Notes under the pieces: generated by a model
What the model was told of the DNA's origin: nothing
What the model saw: only the letters and a program-made list of their open reading frames with translations
The model's database searches: none
Shown here: positions 19,298-31,028 of the stretch, in pieces
How the letters are laid out: each line of letters starts with the position of its first letter
Position numbering within the stretch: position 1 is the stretch's first letter
Program-made: the position numbers and the translations under genes
DNA from: an uncultured Cellvibrionaceae bacterium
GTDB lineage: Bacteria; Pseudomonadota; Gammaproteobacteria; Pseudomonadales; Cellvibrionaceae
Assembly (NCBI GenBank): GCA_965650515.1
Contig: CBFGOY010000001.1
Coordinates: forward strand, 59,289-123,288
Direction of reading: 5' to 3'
DNA: 64,000 nt

Positions 19298-21517
19298 TTA
19301 ACCCATTTCCTGAGGGTCTACATCTATCGACCAGCGCACTGCTTTGGCAAGCGAACTGGCTTCAAGTTGCAAGGCTAATTCAGTTAGCAGTTGCTGCAAG
19401 GGTTTGCGTTGTGAACTGCTGATTTGCAATTGATAGCGAAACCTATCGCCGCGTTTTTCCATAAGCGCGGGCAGTGGGCCGAGATAACCGAGTGCCGGGC
19501 TGGCTGGCGCGAAGGCTTCCGCCTGCTGGCGGGCATAAGCGAGCAAGTCAATCGCCTTTTGCGGGATTTTGCTTTCCGCGCGAATCAGCGCGAGATGGCG
19601 GTAGGGCGGTAATGCCGTAAGCTGGCGTTCATGCAAAATCAATCCAGCAAGCGCGTGGTAACCGCGCGTCACCAGGGTTTGCACCAGCGGATGGTCGGTA
19701 TGGTTACTTTGCAAAATGACTCGCCCCGGTTTTTCCGCACGCCCTGCGCGCCCCGCAACTTGCAGCAACAATTGGCCCATACGTTCAGGGCCGCGAAAAT
19801 CGGTGCTGAATAAACCGGCATCGGCATCAATAATGACTACCAGTGTGACATCTGCAAAGTGGTGGCCTTTGGCGAGCATTTGCGTACCGACTAAAATACA
19901 GGGCGCACCCTTGTGCACATCTTCCAGCAGCTTTTGCATGGCATTCCTAGTGCGAGTGGAATCGCGGTCCACGCGGATAATGTTTTGTTGCGGAAACAAT
20001 TCCTGTAGCACCAGCTCGCTGCGCTCGGTGCCTTGGCCAATAGGTTGCAGATGGCTTGAATTGCATTGCGGGCAGCGGCGCGGCAGGGCGCGTTGGTGAT
20101 CGCAGTGATGGCAATGCAAATGGCGCGGAGTCTGGTGTACGGTCATGCGCGCATCGCAAAAATGGCAATTGGCGAGCCAGCCGCAGTCGTGGCACTCCAG
20201 GGTGGGGGCATAGCCGCGGCGATTAAGGAACACCAGCACCTGGTTGCCCTGCGCGAGGGTTTCGCCAATTGCGTCGATACTGGCCTGGGCAAAGCCCTCG
20301 TGGAGTATTTCACCGCGAATATCCAGCAGTTGGATATGCGGTGGTTTGGCACTACCGGCACGTGCTTTCAACTGCAGGTGCTGATAGCGCCCCTGGAGCG
20401 CATTGTGCAGGGTTTCGAGTGACGGGGTAGCTGAGCCGAGGATCAGCGGAATGTTCAATCGGTGCGCGCGCACTGCCGCCAGGTCGCGCGCCGAATAGCG
20501 GAAACCATCCTGCTGCTTGAACGATCCATCATGCTCTTCATCAATGATGATGATTCCCAATGATTGGAAAGGCGTGAACAGCGCCGAGCGGGTACCAATT
20601 ACAATGCGGGCTATACCCGCGCGCGCCTGGAGCCAGGCATCCAGGCGCTCCCGATCATTTAATCCGGAGTGGAGCGCCGCGACCGGAACAGCAAACCGGC
20701 GTTGGAAGCGCTGGATGGTCTGGGGTGTCAGGCCAATTTCCGGCACCAGCACCAGGGCCTGTTTGCCCTGGTTGAGGCAGTGTTCAATGGCTTGCAAGTA
20801 AATCTCGGTTTTACCACTGCCGGTGGCGCCATCTAATAAATAGGTTTTGAATCCAGCGAGGTCGATTTGGGCCAGGGCTTGTTCTTGCTCGTCGGTGAGA
20901 GTGAGTGGTCGCTCATTAAGAAGGCCGCATGATGGCTCGTTAGCTACGGGATATATTACCTCCATTTTTACCAGTCCTTTGGCAATCAGCGCTCTGGCGA
21001 TGCTGCGTGGTATCTCCAGCCGCTCCAGGGCATCCCGCAATAAATAGGGTTGTTTCTGTAGCTCTGCGACCAGCATTGCCTGCCTGGGTGAGCGTTTCAA
21101 TGCACCTTCCGGTAAGCCCTTTCCCTCGGTTGTTAGCATAAACGCCTGTTCACCGCGCATGCGCGCCGGCTCGCCCTGGCGCAACAATACCGGCAAAGCC
21201 GCCTGCAATGCCTCGCCCAGGGGAGCTTGATAATAGTCCGCGGCCCATTGGCACAGCGCCAATAGCTCCGGGTCTAACACCGGCTGTTGTTCAATAATCC
21301 CGTAAGCCGGGCGCAGCTTATCCAGTTGGTGTGCGCTAACTGATTTGATCGCAACCAACACCCCAACCAATTCCTGGCGGCCAAAGGGCGCTCGAACCAG
21401 GGTTCCCGCTTGCAGGGAATCTACCATTGCGGAAGGCCAATCGACTGGTGGTAAGTAATCAAAATTGCGCCTTAGCGGAACTGGCAGTGCGATTTCGAGG
21501 AGTCTGGTTTCATGCAT
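19298..21517 (-). CDS. priA: Primosomal protein N'
   Basis: GATGSGKTEIY, LVPEIGLTPQ, IIDEEHD, GSATPS, Cys-rich CHDC/CHFC/CHHC/CPQC, LLQVAGRAGR. Confidence 0.98.
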   Translation of the reverse strand: MHETRLLEIALPVPLRRNFDYLPPVDWPSAMVDSLQAGTLVRAPFGRQELVGVLVAIKSVSAHQLDKLRPAYGIIEQQPVLDPELLALCQWAADYYQAPLGEALQAALPVLLRQGEPARMRGEQAFMLTTEGKGLPEGALKRSPRQAMLVAELQKQPYLLRDALERLEIPRSIARALIAKGLVKMEVIYPVANEPSCGLLNERPLTLTDEQEQALAQIDLAGFKTYLLDGATGSGKTEIYLQAIEHCLNQGKQALVLVPEIGLTPQTIQRFQRRFAVPVAALHSGLNDRERLDAWLQARAGIARIVIGTRSALFTPFQSLGIIIIDEEHDGSFKQQDGFRYSARDLAAVRAHRLNIPLILGSATPSLETLHNALQGRYQHLQLKARAGSAKPPHIQLLDIRGEILHEGFAQASIDAIGETLAQGNQVLVFLNRRGYAPTLECHDCGWLANCHFCDARMTVHQTPRHLHCHHCDHQRALPRRCPQCNSSHLQPIGQGTERSELVLQELFPQQNIIRVDRDSTRTRNAMQKLLEDVHKGAPCILVGTQMLAKGHHFADVTLVVIIDADAGLFSTDFRGPERMGQLLLQVAGRAGRAEKPGRVILQSNHTDHPLVQTLVTRGYHALAGLILHERQLTALPPYRHLALIRAESKIPQKAIDLLAYARQQAEAFAPASPALGYLGPLPALMEKRGDRFRYQLQISSSQRKPLQQLLTELALQLEASSLAKAVRWSIDVDPQEMG

Positions 21518-21657
21518 CTTTGGAATCGTTCCGGGGTCACCTGGCGGCAGGATACCTCATCTCACCCCACCAAATCGCGAGCTGGTGTATTTGCCTGGTA
21601 ATTGGCCGGAATATCTCCATCAAGTGATTATTTTTCAGGCGAAATCCCGCTTTGCGG

Positions 21658-21685
21658 TTGCGCTGGCATTTTTTTCTGATAGTAT
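21658..21685 (+). promoter_or_regulatory. Probable sigma70 promoter of rpmE with GC-rich discriminator
   Basis: TTGCGC-N16-TAGTAT followed by CCCCGCTCC. Confidence 0.5.
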
Positions 21686-21720
21686 CCCCGCTCCCTGAAA
21701 ACAGCCGTTTTTTTTAACCT

Positions 21721-21758
21721 ATGTGCGGTGCCAGGCAATAGACCCGGTGGCGGCACAG
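21721..21758 (+). promoter_or_regulatory. Putative rpmE (bL31) leader stem-loop
   Basis: GTGC-gg-tGCCA ... TGGC-g-GCAC stem with an internal bulge, just upstream of the rpmE RBS. Confidence 0.5.
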
Positions 21759-21776
21759 CTTACGAAGGCATTCATC

Positions 21777-21998
21777 ATGAAAGCAGACATTCATCCAAAT
21801 TACGTTGAAGTGGCGGTTAACTGCAGCTGCGGCAACACTTTCAAAACCCGTTCAACCCTGGGTAAAGATTTCCATGTTGATGTGTGTGGCGTGTGCCACC
21901 CGTTCTATACCGGCAAGCAAAAAATCGTTGATACCGGGGGCCGTATCGATCGTTTCACCAAGCGTTTCGGCAGCCGTATCGGCACTGCCAAGAAATAA
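21777..21998 (+). CDS. rpmE: 50S ribosomal protein L31 (zinc-binding type A)
   Basis: [34 protein letters not shown]. Confidence 0.98.
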   Translation: MKADIHPNYVEVAVNCSCGNTFKTRSTLGKDFHVDVCGVCHPFYTGKQKIVDTGGRIDRFTKRFGSRIGTAKK

Positions 21999-22024
21999 TT
22001 GGGTGTCCCTTGCAGCTTAAGCTG

Positions 22025-22843
22025 ATGCCGCGAATCCTGAAAACGCCAGCGCACAAAATCGCTGGCGTTTTTTTATGCCTGTTACCTGTGGTCGGGGTAT
22101 TGGCCGATTGCGGCTATCCTGAAACCGCGCTTGTTGGTGTGGATCGGGTGCAGGATGGTGATACCCTCAAATTAAGCGACGGCCGCTCAGTGCGGGTGCT
22201 GGGTATCAATGCGCCGGAAATTACGGTGGGCCAAAAGCGCGGCCAGCCGTTGGGGCGGGAGTCGCTGGTGAGTGCGCGCCAGTTTGTGGCCCGTTCGGGG
22301 GGTGAAGTGCGCCTGGGTTTTGAGGCAGAAAAGCGCGACCATTATGGGCGCTGGCTTGCGCATGTTTACGATAGATCCGGCCGCAGCCTGGCCGTTGAAC
22401 AACTTCGCGCGGGCATGGCCATTCAAATTTCCGTTCCGCCAAATCGCACCCAGGAATCCTGCCTGCTGGCCATAGAAACGCGCGCGCGGAAAAATCCGTC
22501 AGGTGTGTGGCGCAACACTTATTGGAATGCTTATCCGGCCTCGGCGCTTGGCTTGTCCGATACCGGCTTTCGTGTGGTGCGGGGCAGGGTCACCCGGGTA
22601 GATGTTAATTCATCAGTATGGATTGAATTTGACGGCGATCTGGTTGCACAGGTTAAGAAGTCTGACTGGGGGCCGTTCCGCTATTCGGCATCCGATTGGC
22701 AGGCGTTGGTCGGTAAAACCCTCGAAGTCCGCGGTTGGATTACTGCCCGCCAGGGCGGTAAGCAAAACGGCAAACGTCGTTTCAAATCGCTGATGATGGA
22801 TGTTCGCGCACCTTCATCCTTGAAGGTAGTAAAAGGCGACTAA
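22025..22843 (+). CDS. Thermonuclease (SNase-like) family exported protein
   Basis: DGDT, VRVLGINAPE, DHYGRWLAHVY, C-terminal OB-like region; hydrophobic N-terminus. Start uncertain. Confidence 0.88.
   Translation: MPRILKTPAHKIAGVFLCLLPVVGVLADCGYPETALVGVDRVQDGDTLKLSDGRSVRVLGINAPEITVGQKRGQPLGRESLVSARQFVARSGGEVRLGFEAEKRDHYGRWLAHVYDRSGRSLAVEQLRAGMAIQISVPPNRTQESCLLAIETRARKNPSGVWRNTYWNAYPASALGLSDTGFRVVRGRVTRVDVNSSVWIEFDGDLVAQVKKSDWGPFRYSASDWQALVGKTLEVRGWITARQGGKQNGKRRFKSLMMDVRAPSSLKVVKGD
22040..22074 (+). terminator. rpmE terminator, embedded in the nuclease 5' coding region
   Basis: AAAACGCCAGCG-CACAAAAT-CGCTGGCGTTTT-TTT, 12-bp stem. Confidence 0.82.
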
Positions 22844-25251
22844 AAAATCTCTTCCGGCAGGGTGACTTGTTCACTGGTTTCGTTGCCCGCGGCGGATGTT
22901 CGCGCTGTATCTTCCCCCAGGAATACTTCAAAAATTGCATCCGGGTCACCGGGCATAGCGGGTTTTCCGGTGTCCGGATTAATGCGTACAGTCACTATGC
23001 CCTCCGGTTGACGCGGTAATTGATCCGGCAAGCCTTCCAGCGCGGTTCGCATAAAATCAATCCAGATAGGCAGTGCGGCAGAAGTGCCAAACTCCTTCCT
23101 GCCCAGGAGTGTATTCGCATCAAAGCCCACCCATACAGTGGTGGTGATATTGGGGTTATAACCCGAAAACCAGGTATCACGCGGGCCATTGGTGGTGCCG
23201 GTTTTGCCGGCCAGGTCCTTGCGCCCTAATTGCTTGGCGAGGCGGCCAGTACCTTTATCCACCACATCGCGCAACATGGAATCAATCAGGTAGGCGATAC
23301 GGGCGTCAATGATCCGCGGGGCGCGCTCGCTGGCGTCCAGGGTGGAGGCGGGGATGAGCGAGCCATCAGCGCCTATCTGTAACTGGGGATTCTCGCATTC
23401 CTTGCATACCCGCTTGGGTTTGGCTTCGTAAACTACCTTGCCGTTATCCTCCTCAATCCGGGTAACGAGATAGGGGTCTATCTTGAAGCCACCGTTGGCG
23501 AAGCTTGCATAGGCGGTAGCCATTTGCATGGGGGTGAGGGCATGGGAGCCCAGTGCAAGGGTCAGGTCGCGTGGAAATTCCCTGGGATTAAAGCCGAACC
23601 TTGCAAGGCTATCCAATGCTGTTTGCATACCTATGCTGCGCAATAAGCGGATGGATACCAGGTTGCGCGAACGATAGAGCGCCTGGCGCATTCGCATGGG
23701 GCCGGCGAATTTGCCGTCATCATTTTCCGGGCGCCAGGCAATTCCCGTACTTGTGTTTTCGATGACGATGGGGGCGTCATTAATTATGGATGCCGGGGTA
23801 AAGCCATTTTCCAGCGCGGCGGTATAAAGCAGGGGTTTGAAGCTGGAGCCCGGTTGGCGGGCTCCCTGGGTTGCGCGATTGTAATGGCTCTGATTGAAAT
23901 CAAAGCCACCGACCAGTGAGCGTATGGCTCCATCAGCAGGATCAAGGGAGACCAGTGCCGCCTGGGCCGCCGGTACTTGGCTGAAATGCCATTGGTCATC
24001 ATTGTCTTTGGTGATGCGGACCACATCGCCCGGCTTTAAAAAGTCACGCACGTCGGTGTAGGCTGCGCCGCGGCTGTCTTCGGTGATATAAGGCCGCACA
24101 CTGGAAAGCCCTTGCTCCCATCCCAAGTCAATAAAGTCCCCGTTACTCGTCAAAACCTTAACCGACTTGTTGGTGAGGTCCACAACGGCGGCAGGTTCCA
24201 ATCCGCCCAATACCGGGATGGTTTGCAATTCGTCCAGCCAGTCAGTGAAATCACTATCCTGTGAAGGGTTGAGGTGGCGTTCGGGGCCGCGATAACCGTG
24301 GCGCTTATCGTAGTCCATCAGGCCTTTTAAAACGGCCGTCTGGGCGGTCGCTTGCATAGCGCTATCCACTGTGGTGTAAACCTTGTAACCCTGAATGTAG
24401 GCTTTGCCTCCAAATCTATCCAACACCTCCTGGCGGGCCATTTCCGCGATATAAGGCGCTTGTACATCCAGGGTTGTGCCATGGTAACTGGCGGTGTTGG
24501 GCTCGTTGATTGCCGCCTCGTAGGTTGTATGATCGATATGGCCCAGCTCGTACATCCGCCCGATAATCCAATTGCGACGGATCATTGCCCGTTTGAGGTT
24601 GGCCAGGGGGTTATAGGCGGAGGGCGCTTTCAATACCCCGACAATCATGGCGTACTGGGCGACACTAAGGTCTTTAATATCCTTCCCGTAATAAATTTGC
24701 GCGGCCGCTTGCAAGCCGTAGGCGCGGTTCCCGAAAAACATCTTATTGTTGAATAATTCGAGGATTTCTTCCTTGGTGAATTTTCTTTCAATTTCAATGG
24801 ATAAGAGGATTTCGTTAAACTTGCGTGAGAAGATTTGCTTGCGAGTGAGAAAGAAATCACGTGCCAACTGTTGAGTAATAGTGCTTCCGCCGGATTGGAT
24901 GGCGCCGGACTTTAGAATTTGTGATGCGGCGCGCAACATGCCTTTTACGGAAACTCCATGATGCTCAAAGAACTCTGCATCTTCGGCGGAGAGGAGAGCT
25001 TTTATATAAAGAGGCGGGATCTGGTTATAAGTGAGCGGAGTGCGACGCTGTTCGCCAAATTCACCAATAAGTTTGCCGTCGCTTGAATAAACCCGTAATG
25101 GGGTCTGTAATTTAACTTCCCTCAATGAGTCGACCGAAGGTAGTTTGGGGCTGAGATATAAATAAAGGCCCGCGAATGTCACCAGGGTAACACTGGTACC
25201 AGCCAGTAACAGCCAGAAAATGATGCCGAAGAAGGATTTTTTACTGAACAT
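22840..25251 (-). CDS. mrcA: Penicillin-binding protein 1A
   Basis: Transglycosylase GGSTITQQLAR; transpeptidase SSFK, SRN, KTG motifs; divergent from pilM. Confidence 0.97.
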   Translation of the reverse strand: MFSKKSFFGIIFWLLLAGTSVTLVTFAGLYLYLSPKLPSVDSLREVKLQTPLRVYSSDGKLIGEFGEQRRTPLTYNQIPPLYIKALLSAEDAEFFEHHGVSVKGMLRAASQILKSGAIQSGGSTITQQLARDFFLTRKQIFSRKFNEILLSIEIERKFTKEEILELFNNKMFFGNRAYGLQAAAQIYYGKDIKDLSVAQYAMIVGVLKAPSAYNPLANLKRAMIRRNWIIGRMYELGHIDHTTYEAAINEPNTASYHGTTLDVQAPYIAEMARQEVLDRFGGKAYIQGYKVYTTVDSAMQATAQTAVLKGLMDYDKRHGYRGPERHLNPSQDSDFTDWLDELQTIPVLGGLEPAAVVDLTNKSVKVLTSNGDFIDLGWEQGLSSVRPYITEDSRGAAYTDVRDFLKPGDVVRITKDNDDQWHFSQVPAAQAALVSLDPADGAIRSLVGGFDFNQSHYNRATQGARQPGSSFKPLLYTAALENGFTPASIINDAPIVIENTSTGIAWRPENDDGKFAGPMRMRQALYRSRNLVSIRLLRSIGMQTALDSLARFGFNPREFPRDLTLALGSHALTPMQMATAYASFANGGFKIDPYLVTRIEEDNGKVVYEAKPKRVCKECENPQLQIGADGSLIPASTLDASERAPRIIDARIAYLIDSMLRDVVDKGTGRLAKQLGRKDLAGKTGTTNGPRDTWFSGYNPNITTTVWVGFDANTLLGRKEFGTSAALPIWIDFMRTALEGLPDQLPRQPEGIVTVRINPDTGKPAMPGDPDAIFEVFLGEDTARTSAAGNETSEQVTLPEEIF

Positions 25252-25342
25252 TTTTTCTATGTGAATTAATGAGTTAGCGAATTCGCGGGAAAGAGGCGTG
25301 CATTATACGGGCTTTTTGCCTGTTTACATATTCATCGGTTTG

Positions 25343-25370
25343 TTGCAGGCTTAAGTTAAAGTGCTATAAC
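25343..25370 (+). promoter_or_regulatory. Probable sigma70 promoter for pilMNOPQ
   Basis: TTGCAG-N16-TATAAC with extended -10 TG. Confidence 0.45.
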
Positions 25371-25385
25371 ATAAACAACGTCTAA

Positions 25386-26473
<1,088 letters not shown>

Positions 26474-26474
<1 letters not shown>

Positions 26475-27061
26475 TGGCCAAAATTAACTTATTGCCCTGG
26501 CGCCAGGTTTATCGCGAAGAGAAAAAGCGCGAATTTTTAGGCATTATTTTCGGTGTGGGCCTGGTAGCTGCGTTAGGCGCCTATTTATGGGTGTCGAGTG
26601 TGGAATCGGCGATTGAAAACCAGAACGCACGCAATCAATTGCTCAACCAGGAGATCGCCAAATTAGATGCGCAGGTCAAGGAGATCAGCGAGATTAAAAA
26701 AGTGCGTGATGATTTGTTGGCCCGCATTAAAGTCATTACCGATCTTGAGGGCACTCGCCCGGTAATCGTCCGTTATTTCGATGAGTTGGCGAGGGCAATT
26801 CCTGATGGGGTATGGATAACTTCGGTTGATCGCAAAGGGAATGTGATGACTATCGAAGGGGTTGCCGAATCTTATAACCGTGTCGCAAGTTTTATGCGTA
26901 ACCTCGAATCATCAGACTGGTACGCCTCACCCAACCTTTCTTCAGTGCAAGCCGCACCTGATGAAGGAGAGGATGCCAGTACATTCAAAATGACTGTAGA
27001 GACCTCTGCACCGGTAGATCCTGCTGCTGAAGCAGCCAAGGCAGCAGGAGGAAATAAATAA
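26474..27061 (+). CDS. pilN: Type IV pilus assembly protein PilN
   Basis: N-terminal INLLPWR motif, TM, coiled coil, IPDGVW. Confidence 0.97.
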
Positions 27062-27681
27062 TGTCCTTCCAAGATACACTCGACCAGCTTAAGGAATTCG
27101 ATGTAAACAATATCGATTTCGAAAAAATCGGCGTCTGGCCCTGGCCTGCAAAGGTATTTGTATGTGTGCTACTGGTTGCACTCATTTTCATCGCCACTTA
27201 TTACGTCAAGATTAGCGATCTGAATTTACAATTGGAATCTGTAGTTGCCCAGGAGCAAACGTTACGCACTACATTTGAAAAGCGTAGTTTTGAAGCCGCA
27301 AACCTGGATGCCTATAAAGCACAAATGGAGGAGATGAAAGTTACCTTCGAATCCCTGTTGTCGCGGTTGCCTGCCAAAACGGAAGTGCCGGGATTATTGG
27401 AAGATATAGGTACGCGGGGAAATGAAAGTGGTTTAACCAATGTAAATATCAATTTCCAGCCCGATGTAGTTGCTGAATATTACATAGAGGTGCCGATCAG
27501 TATTTCTGTGGACGGTGGTTACCATGATATGGGCGGCTTTGTAAGCGGTGTTGCCGGGATGCCACGGATCGTTACCTTGCATGATTTCAGTATTACTTCT
27601 TCTAAAGAAAACCGTGCGCTGAATATGAAAATTGCGGCCAAAACCTATCGCTACAAATCCCAGGAGGCCGCTGCTAAATGA
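27061..27681 (+). CDS. pilO: Type IV pilus assembly protein PilO
   Basis: LP.KTEVPGLLEDI, YHDMGGFVSGVAGMPRIVTL, AKTYRY. Confidence 0.97.
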   Translation: MSFQDTLDQLKEFDVNNIDFEKIGVWPWPAKVFVCVLLVALIFIATYYVKISDLNLQLESVVAQEQTLRTTFEKRSFEAANLDAYKAQMEEMKVTFESLLSRLPAKTEVPGLLEDIGTRGNESGLTNVNINFQPDVVAEYYIEVPISISVDGGYHDMGGFVSGVAGMPRIVTLHDFSITSSKENRALNMKIAAKTYRYKSQEAAAK

Positions 27682-28202
27682 AACGGTTACTCTTCATTCT
27701 CCAATTGTTTTGTGTGTTTGGTTTGGTTGGGTGCGGACAATCCTCCCATCAGGATTTGATTGATTTTATGGAAGAAACAAAGCGTCGTCCTAAAGGCCAG
27801 ATTGAACCATTACCAACGTTTAGTCCTTATCAGCCTTTTGCGTACAGTGCGATGACATTACGTAGTCCGTTTGATAAGCCGATTCCGGTAGATGAATCAG
27901 CGGCAAAGGGCGGTCGTGCGGTTGCACCCGATTTAACGCGTGAGAAAGAATTCCTTGAAGGTTTTAATATCACTTCATTGAAAATGGTAGGAACTATATC
28001 GAAAGGCGGTCAGTTATGGGCGCTGATCGATAACGGCCAAAATAGTGTGGTGCCTGCAACCGTTGGAAATTACCTGGGGATGAACCATGGAAAAATCATC
28101 TCTACCAACCCTTCGCAAATCGAAGTGATGGAAATTGTAGGTGATGGCTCGAATGGTTGGGTTGAACGTCCCAGAATTATTAAATTAGAAGAGAAGGAAT
28201 AA
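27678..28202 (+). CDS. pilP: Type IV pilus lipoprotein PilP
   Basis: Lipobox LVGC, IEPLP, RSPF, REKEFLE, GNYLGMNHG. Confidence 0.97.
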   Translation: MKRLLFILQLFCVFGLVGCGQSSHQDLIDFMEETKRRPKGQIEPLPTFSPYQPFAYSAMTLRSPFDKPIPVDESAAKGGRAVAPDLTREKEFLEGFNITSLKMVGTISKGGQLWALIDNGQNSVVPATVGNYLGMNHGKIISTNPSQIEVMEIVGDGSNGWVERPRIIKLEEKE

Positions 28203-28238
28203 GCGGACATGTGTGCTCTATTCACTCCGGGGTTAAGT

Positions 28239-30392
28239 ATGCGTAAATTTGCGTTGGCATTGATAGGTGTAATTGCATCCCCCATCTTGTGGGCCAATAC
28301 CCTCAAAGATATCGATTTTTCCCAGTTACCTGGTGAGCGTTTCGAGGTGCGCATGGCCTTTGATGCGCCACCCCCCGAACCCAAGGGGTATACCATCGAA
28401 AAACCTGCCCGCATTGTCCTTGATTTTCCGGATGTGGTAAGCGGACTCAAGGAGCGCCGCTTTCCATTGGCGGTGGATAACGGTCAAAGTGCAATGATTT
28501 TGACCAGCGAGGGGCGTACCCGCCTTATTTTGAATTTGAATGATTTGGCAACTTATACCACTCGTGTCGATGGCAATAACTTCGTAGTAGAGGTCGGTGC
28601 GGTAAAAGGCGGAGAGTCAGTTCGAGCAACAAGTCAGTCTGTTGAAGTAAATGCGACATCAATGAATGAGCGGGACACTTTTGGTAACCAAACACGCATT
28701 ACCAACATTGATTTCAGGCGGGGAACATCCGGTGAAGGGCGAATTATTGTGACCCTGTCCAATCCAAAAGTCAGCGCGGATATGGTGGGTACAGGCGCTG
28801 GTGTCCGTTTGTCATTTAAAAATGCCTGGTTACCTCCGGAGCTGCGTCGCCGCCTGGACGTGGTGGATTTTGCGACGCCGGTATCGCTTGTTGCTGCCGG
28901 TCAGGAAGGTGAAAACTCGGTATTGAATATCAGTGCCGGCGGCGATTTTGATTACCTGGCTTACCAAACTGATAACGAATATGTCGTGAGCATCAAGCCC
29001 CTGACTGAGCAGGAAAAAAAGGAAAAGAAAAAAGATTTCGAATATACCGGTGAAAAGCTCTCGCTGGATTTCCAGGACATTGAAGTGCGTGCGGTGTTGC
29101 AGATTATTGCGGACTTTACCGATTTAAACCTGGTTGCCAGTGATACGGTTCAAGGTCGTATTACGTTGCGCCTGCAAAATGTGCCTTGGGACCAGGCTTT
29201 GGAAATGGTATTGAAAAACAAGGGATTGGATAAGCGCCAAGTCGGTAATGTATTAATGGTGGCGCCAGCCGCTGAAATTGCCGAGCGCGAGCGCCAGGAA
29301 ATCACCACCAAGAAACAACTGGAGGAACTGGCACCTTTGCGTACGGAATACATTCGTGTTCGATATGCCAATGCCAAGGAAATGTTTGAGTTGTTCCGTG
29401 GTGAAGGTGCCGGTGGTAAAGGTGGTTCCGGTGGTAGCGGTGGCGGCCAAGGTGGCAGCCGTGCTACTGGCAGTGTGCTTTCAGAGCGGGGGCAAGGTGT
29501 TGTAGACGAGCGCACCAACTCAATTATTATCACCGATACTGCAGAGCGTATCGAAGCATTCAAGCGCTTGGTTGATCAAATTGATATACCTATCCGCCAG
29601 GTAATGATTGAGGCTCGGATTGTAATTGCTAACACTGATTTCCAGCGCGAGTTGGGGATTCGTTGGGGCGGGGCCGGGTATAACGCAAATCGCAGCCGCA
29701 TAATAGATTTTGCGGGGTCACAGGATGGCCTGGATGATGAAAATGGTACGAGTCCTGCCAATTGGTTTACCCAAGGGCCAAATGGTAATGGGGCATTAAA
29801 CCTGACGGAAAATAACGTTGTTGATTTGGCCGTTACCAATCCGTACGCATCGGCGGCCATTGGAGTCCTTACAGATAGCACTTACCTGGATTTGGAATTA
29901 AGCGCGTTGGAAAATTCTGGCTATGCAGAAATTGTTTCCCAACCAAAAGTAATTACCAGTGATAAACAATTGGCAGTTATTAAATCCGGTAAGGAAATTG
30001 GTTATCAGGAAACAGCTCCAAGTGGCGGTACAACAACGGGATTCCGCGAAGCGGTATTGAAGCTGGAGGTAACTCCGCAAATTACACCTGACAATCGTAT
30101 TATTATGGATTTAATTGTTTGGAAAGATTCTATCGGTCAAACGACAGAAACGGGTGTGCCCACTGTAGATATCACACGCCTGGAAACTAAAGTACTGGTT
30201 AACAATGGCCAAACGGTTGTCTTGGGTGGGGTCTTCTCCGTTGAAGGAGCAAAAACAGAAAACAAGGTTCCGGTGTTGGGAGACATTCCGTACCTTGGGC
30301 GTTTGTTTAAAAAGACTATTGATAACCAATTCAAAACCGAATTGCTTATCTTTGTTACCCCCAAATTGATGTCGGAAAATTTGTCAAATTAA
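28239..30392 (+). CDS. pilQ: Type IV pilus secretin PilQ
   Basis: AMIN domains, [43 protein letters not shown]. Alternative start at 28209. Confidence 0.97.
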   Translation: MRKFALALIGVIASPILWANTLKDIDFSQLPGERFEVRMAFDAPPPEPKGYTIEKPARIVLDFPDVVSGLKERRFPLAVDNGQSAMILTSEGRTRLILNLNDLATYTTRVDGNNFVVEVGAVKGGESVRATSQSVEVNATSMNERDTFGNQTRITNIDFRRGTSGEGRIIVTLSNPKVSADMVGTGAGVRLSFKNAWLPPELRRRLDVVDFATPVSLVAAGQEGENSVLNISAGGDFDYLAYQTDNEYVVSIKPLTEQEKKEKKKDFEYTGEKLSLDFQDIEVRAVLQIIADFTDLNLVASDTVQGRITLRLQNVPWDQALEMVLKNKGLDKRQVGNVLMVAPAAEIAERERQEITTKKQLEELAPLRTEYIRVRYANAKEMFELFRGEGAGGKGGSGGSGGGQGGSRATGSVLSERGQGVVDERTNSIIITDTAERIEAFKRLVDQIDIPIRQVMIEARIVIANTDFQRELGIRWGGAGYNANRSRIIDFAGSQDGLDDENGTSPANWFTQGPNGNGALNLTENNVVDLAVTNPYASAAIGVLTDSTYLDLELSALENSGYAEIVSQPKVITSDKQLAVIKSGKEIGYQETAPSGGTTTGFREAVLKLEVTPQITPDNRIIMDLIVWKDSIGQTTETGVPTVDITRLETKVLVNNGQTVVLGGVFSVEGAKTENKVPVLGDIPYLGRLFKKTIDNQFKTELLIFVTPKLMSENLSN

Positions 30393-30907
30393 TGCGTAAA
30401 TCCCTCGTTTTCCTTGTCGGCCCCATGGGGGCCGGCAAATCTACCATCGGCCGGTTGCTGGCTACAGAGTTAGGTTTTAATTTCCGCGACAGTGATCGGG
30501 TAATCGAAGAGCGCACAGGTGCGGATATTCCCTGGATTTTTGATATGGAAGGGGAAGAAGGATTTCGGGAGCGTGAATCTGCTGTGCTCCAGGAACTGGC
30601 CGGTGAAACGAATACGGTGGTGGCCACGGGTGGCGGTATAGTGTTACGTGAGCAAAATCGTACGGTGATGAAGTCGGCTGGTTTTGTGTGTTACCTAACG
30701 GCATCTATCGATCAATTGGTGGAACGCACTGCACGCGATAAAAAACGTCCGCTGTTGCAGGTAGAAAATCCACGCCAGAAAATTATTGATTTATTGGCCT
30801 TACGCGACCCTCTCTATCAGGGGGCTGCAGATTTCATTGTAAATACTGATCGCAGGTCGCCAAAGGCAGTTGCGCAGGAAATCGCTTCTCTGGTTCTGAA
30901 TGCCTGA
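30392..30907 (+). CDS. aroK: Shikimate kinase
   Basis: [32 protein letters not shown]. Confidence 0.98.
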   Translation: MRKSLVFLVGPMGAGKSTIGRLLATELGFNFRDSDRVIEERTGADIPWIFDMEGEEGFRERESAVLQELAGETNTVVATGGGIVLREQNRTVMKSAGFVCYLTASIDQLVERTARDKKRPLLQVENPRQKIIDLLALRDPLYQGAADFIVNTDRRSPKAVAQEIASLVLNA

Positions 30908-31028
30908 CATCTAATTTGGTGTTTTATTCTCCTCGTTTTATCGCGCGGTTATCATTACCCTCTCCTGAAATATCCCGGCACTTTGTGATAAAGTGCCGGC
31001 TGATTTTTTGCCCCACAGGTTCCTTGCT

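Noticed and set aside
29395-29465. Gly-rich stretch in PilQ ([16 protein letters not shown])
   Set aside because: It is a flexible loop of the secretin N3 region, common in secretins.
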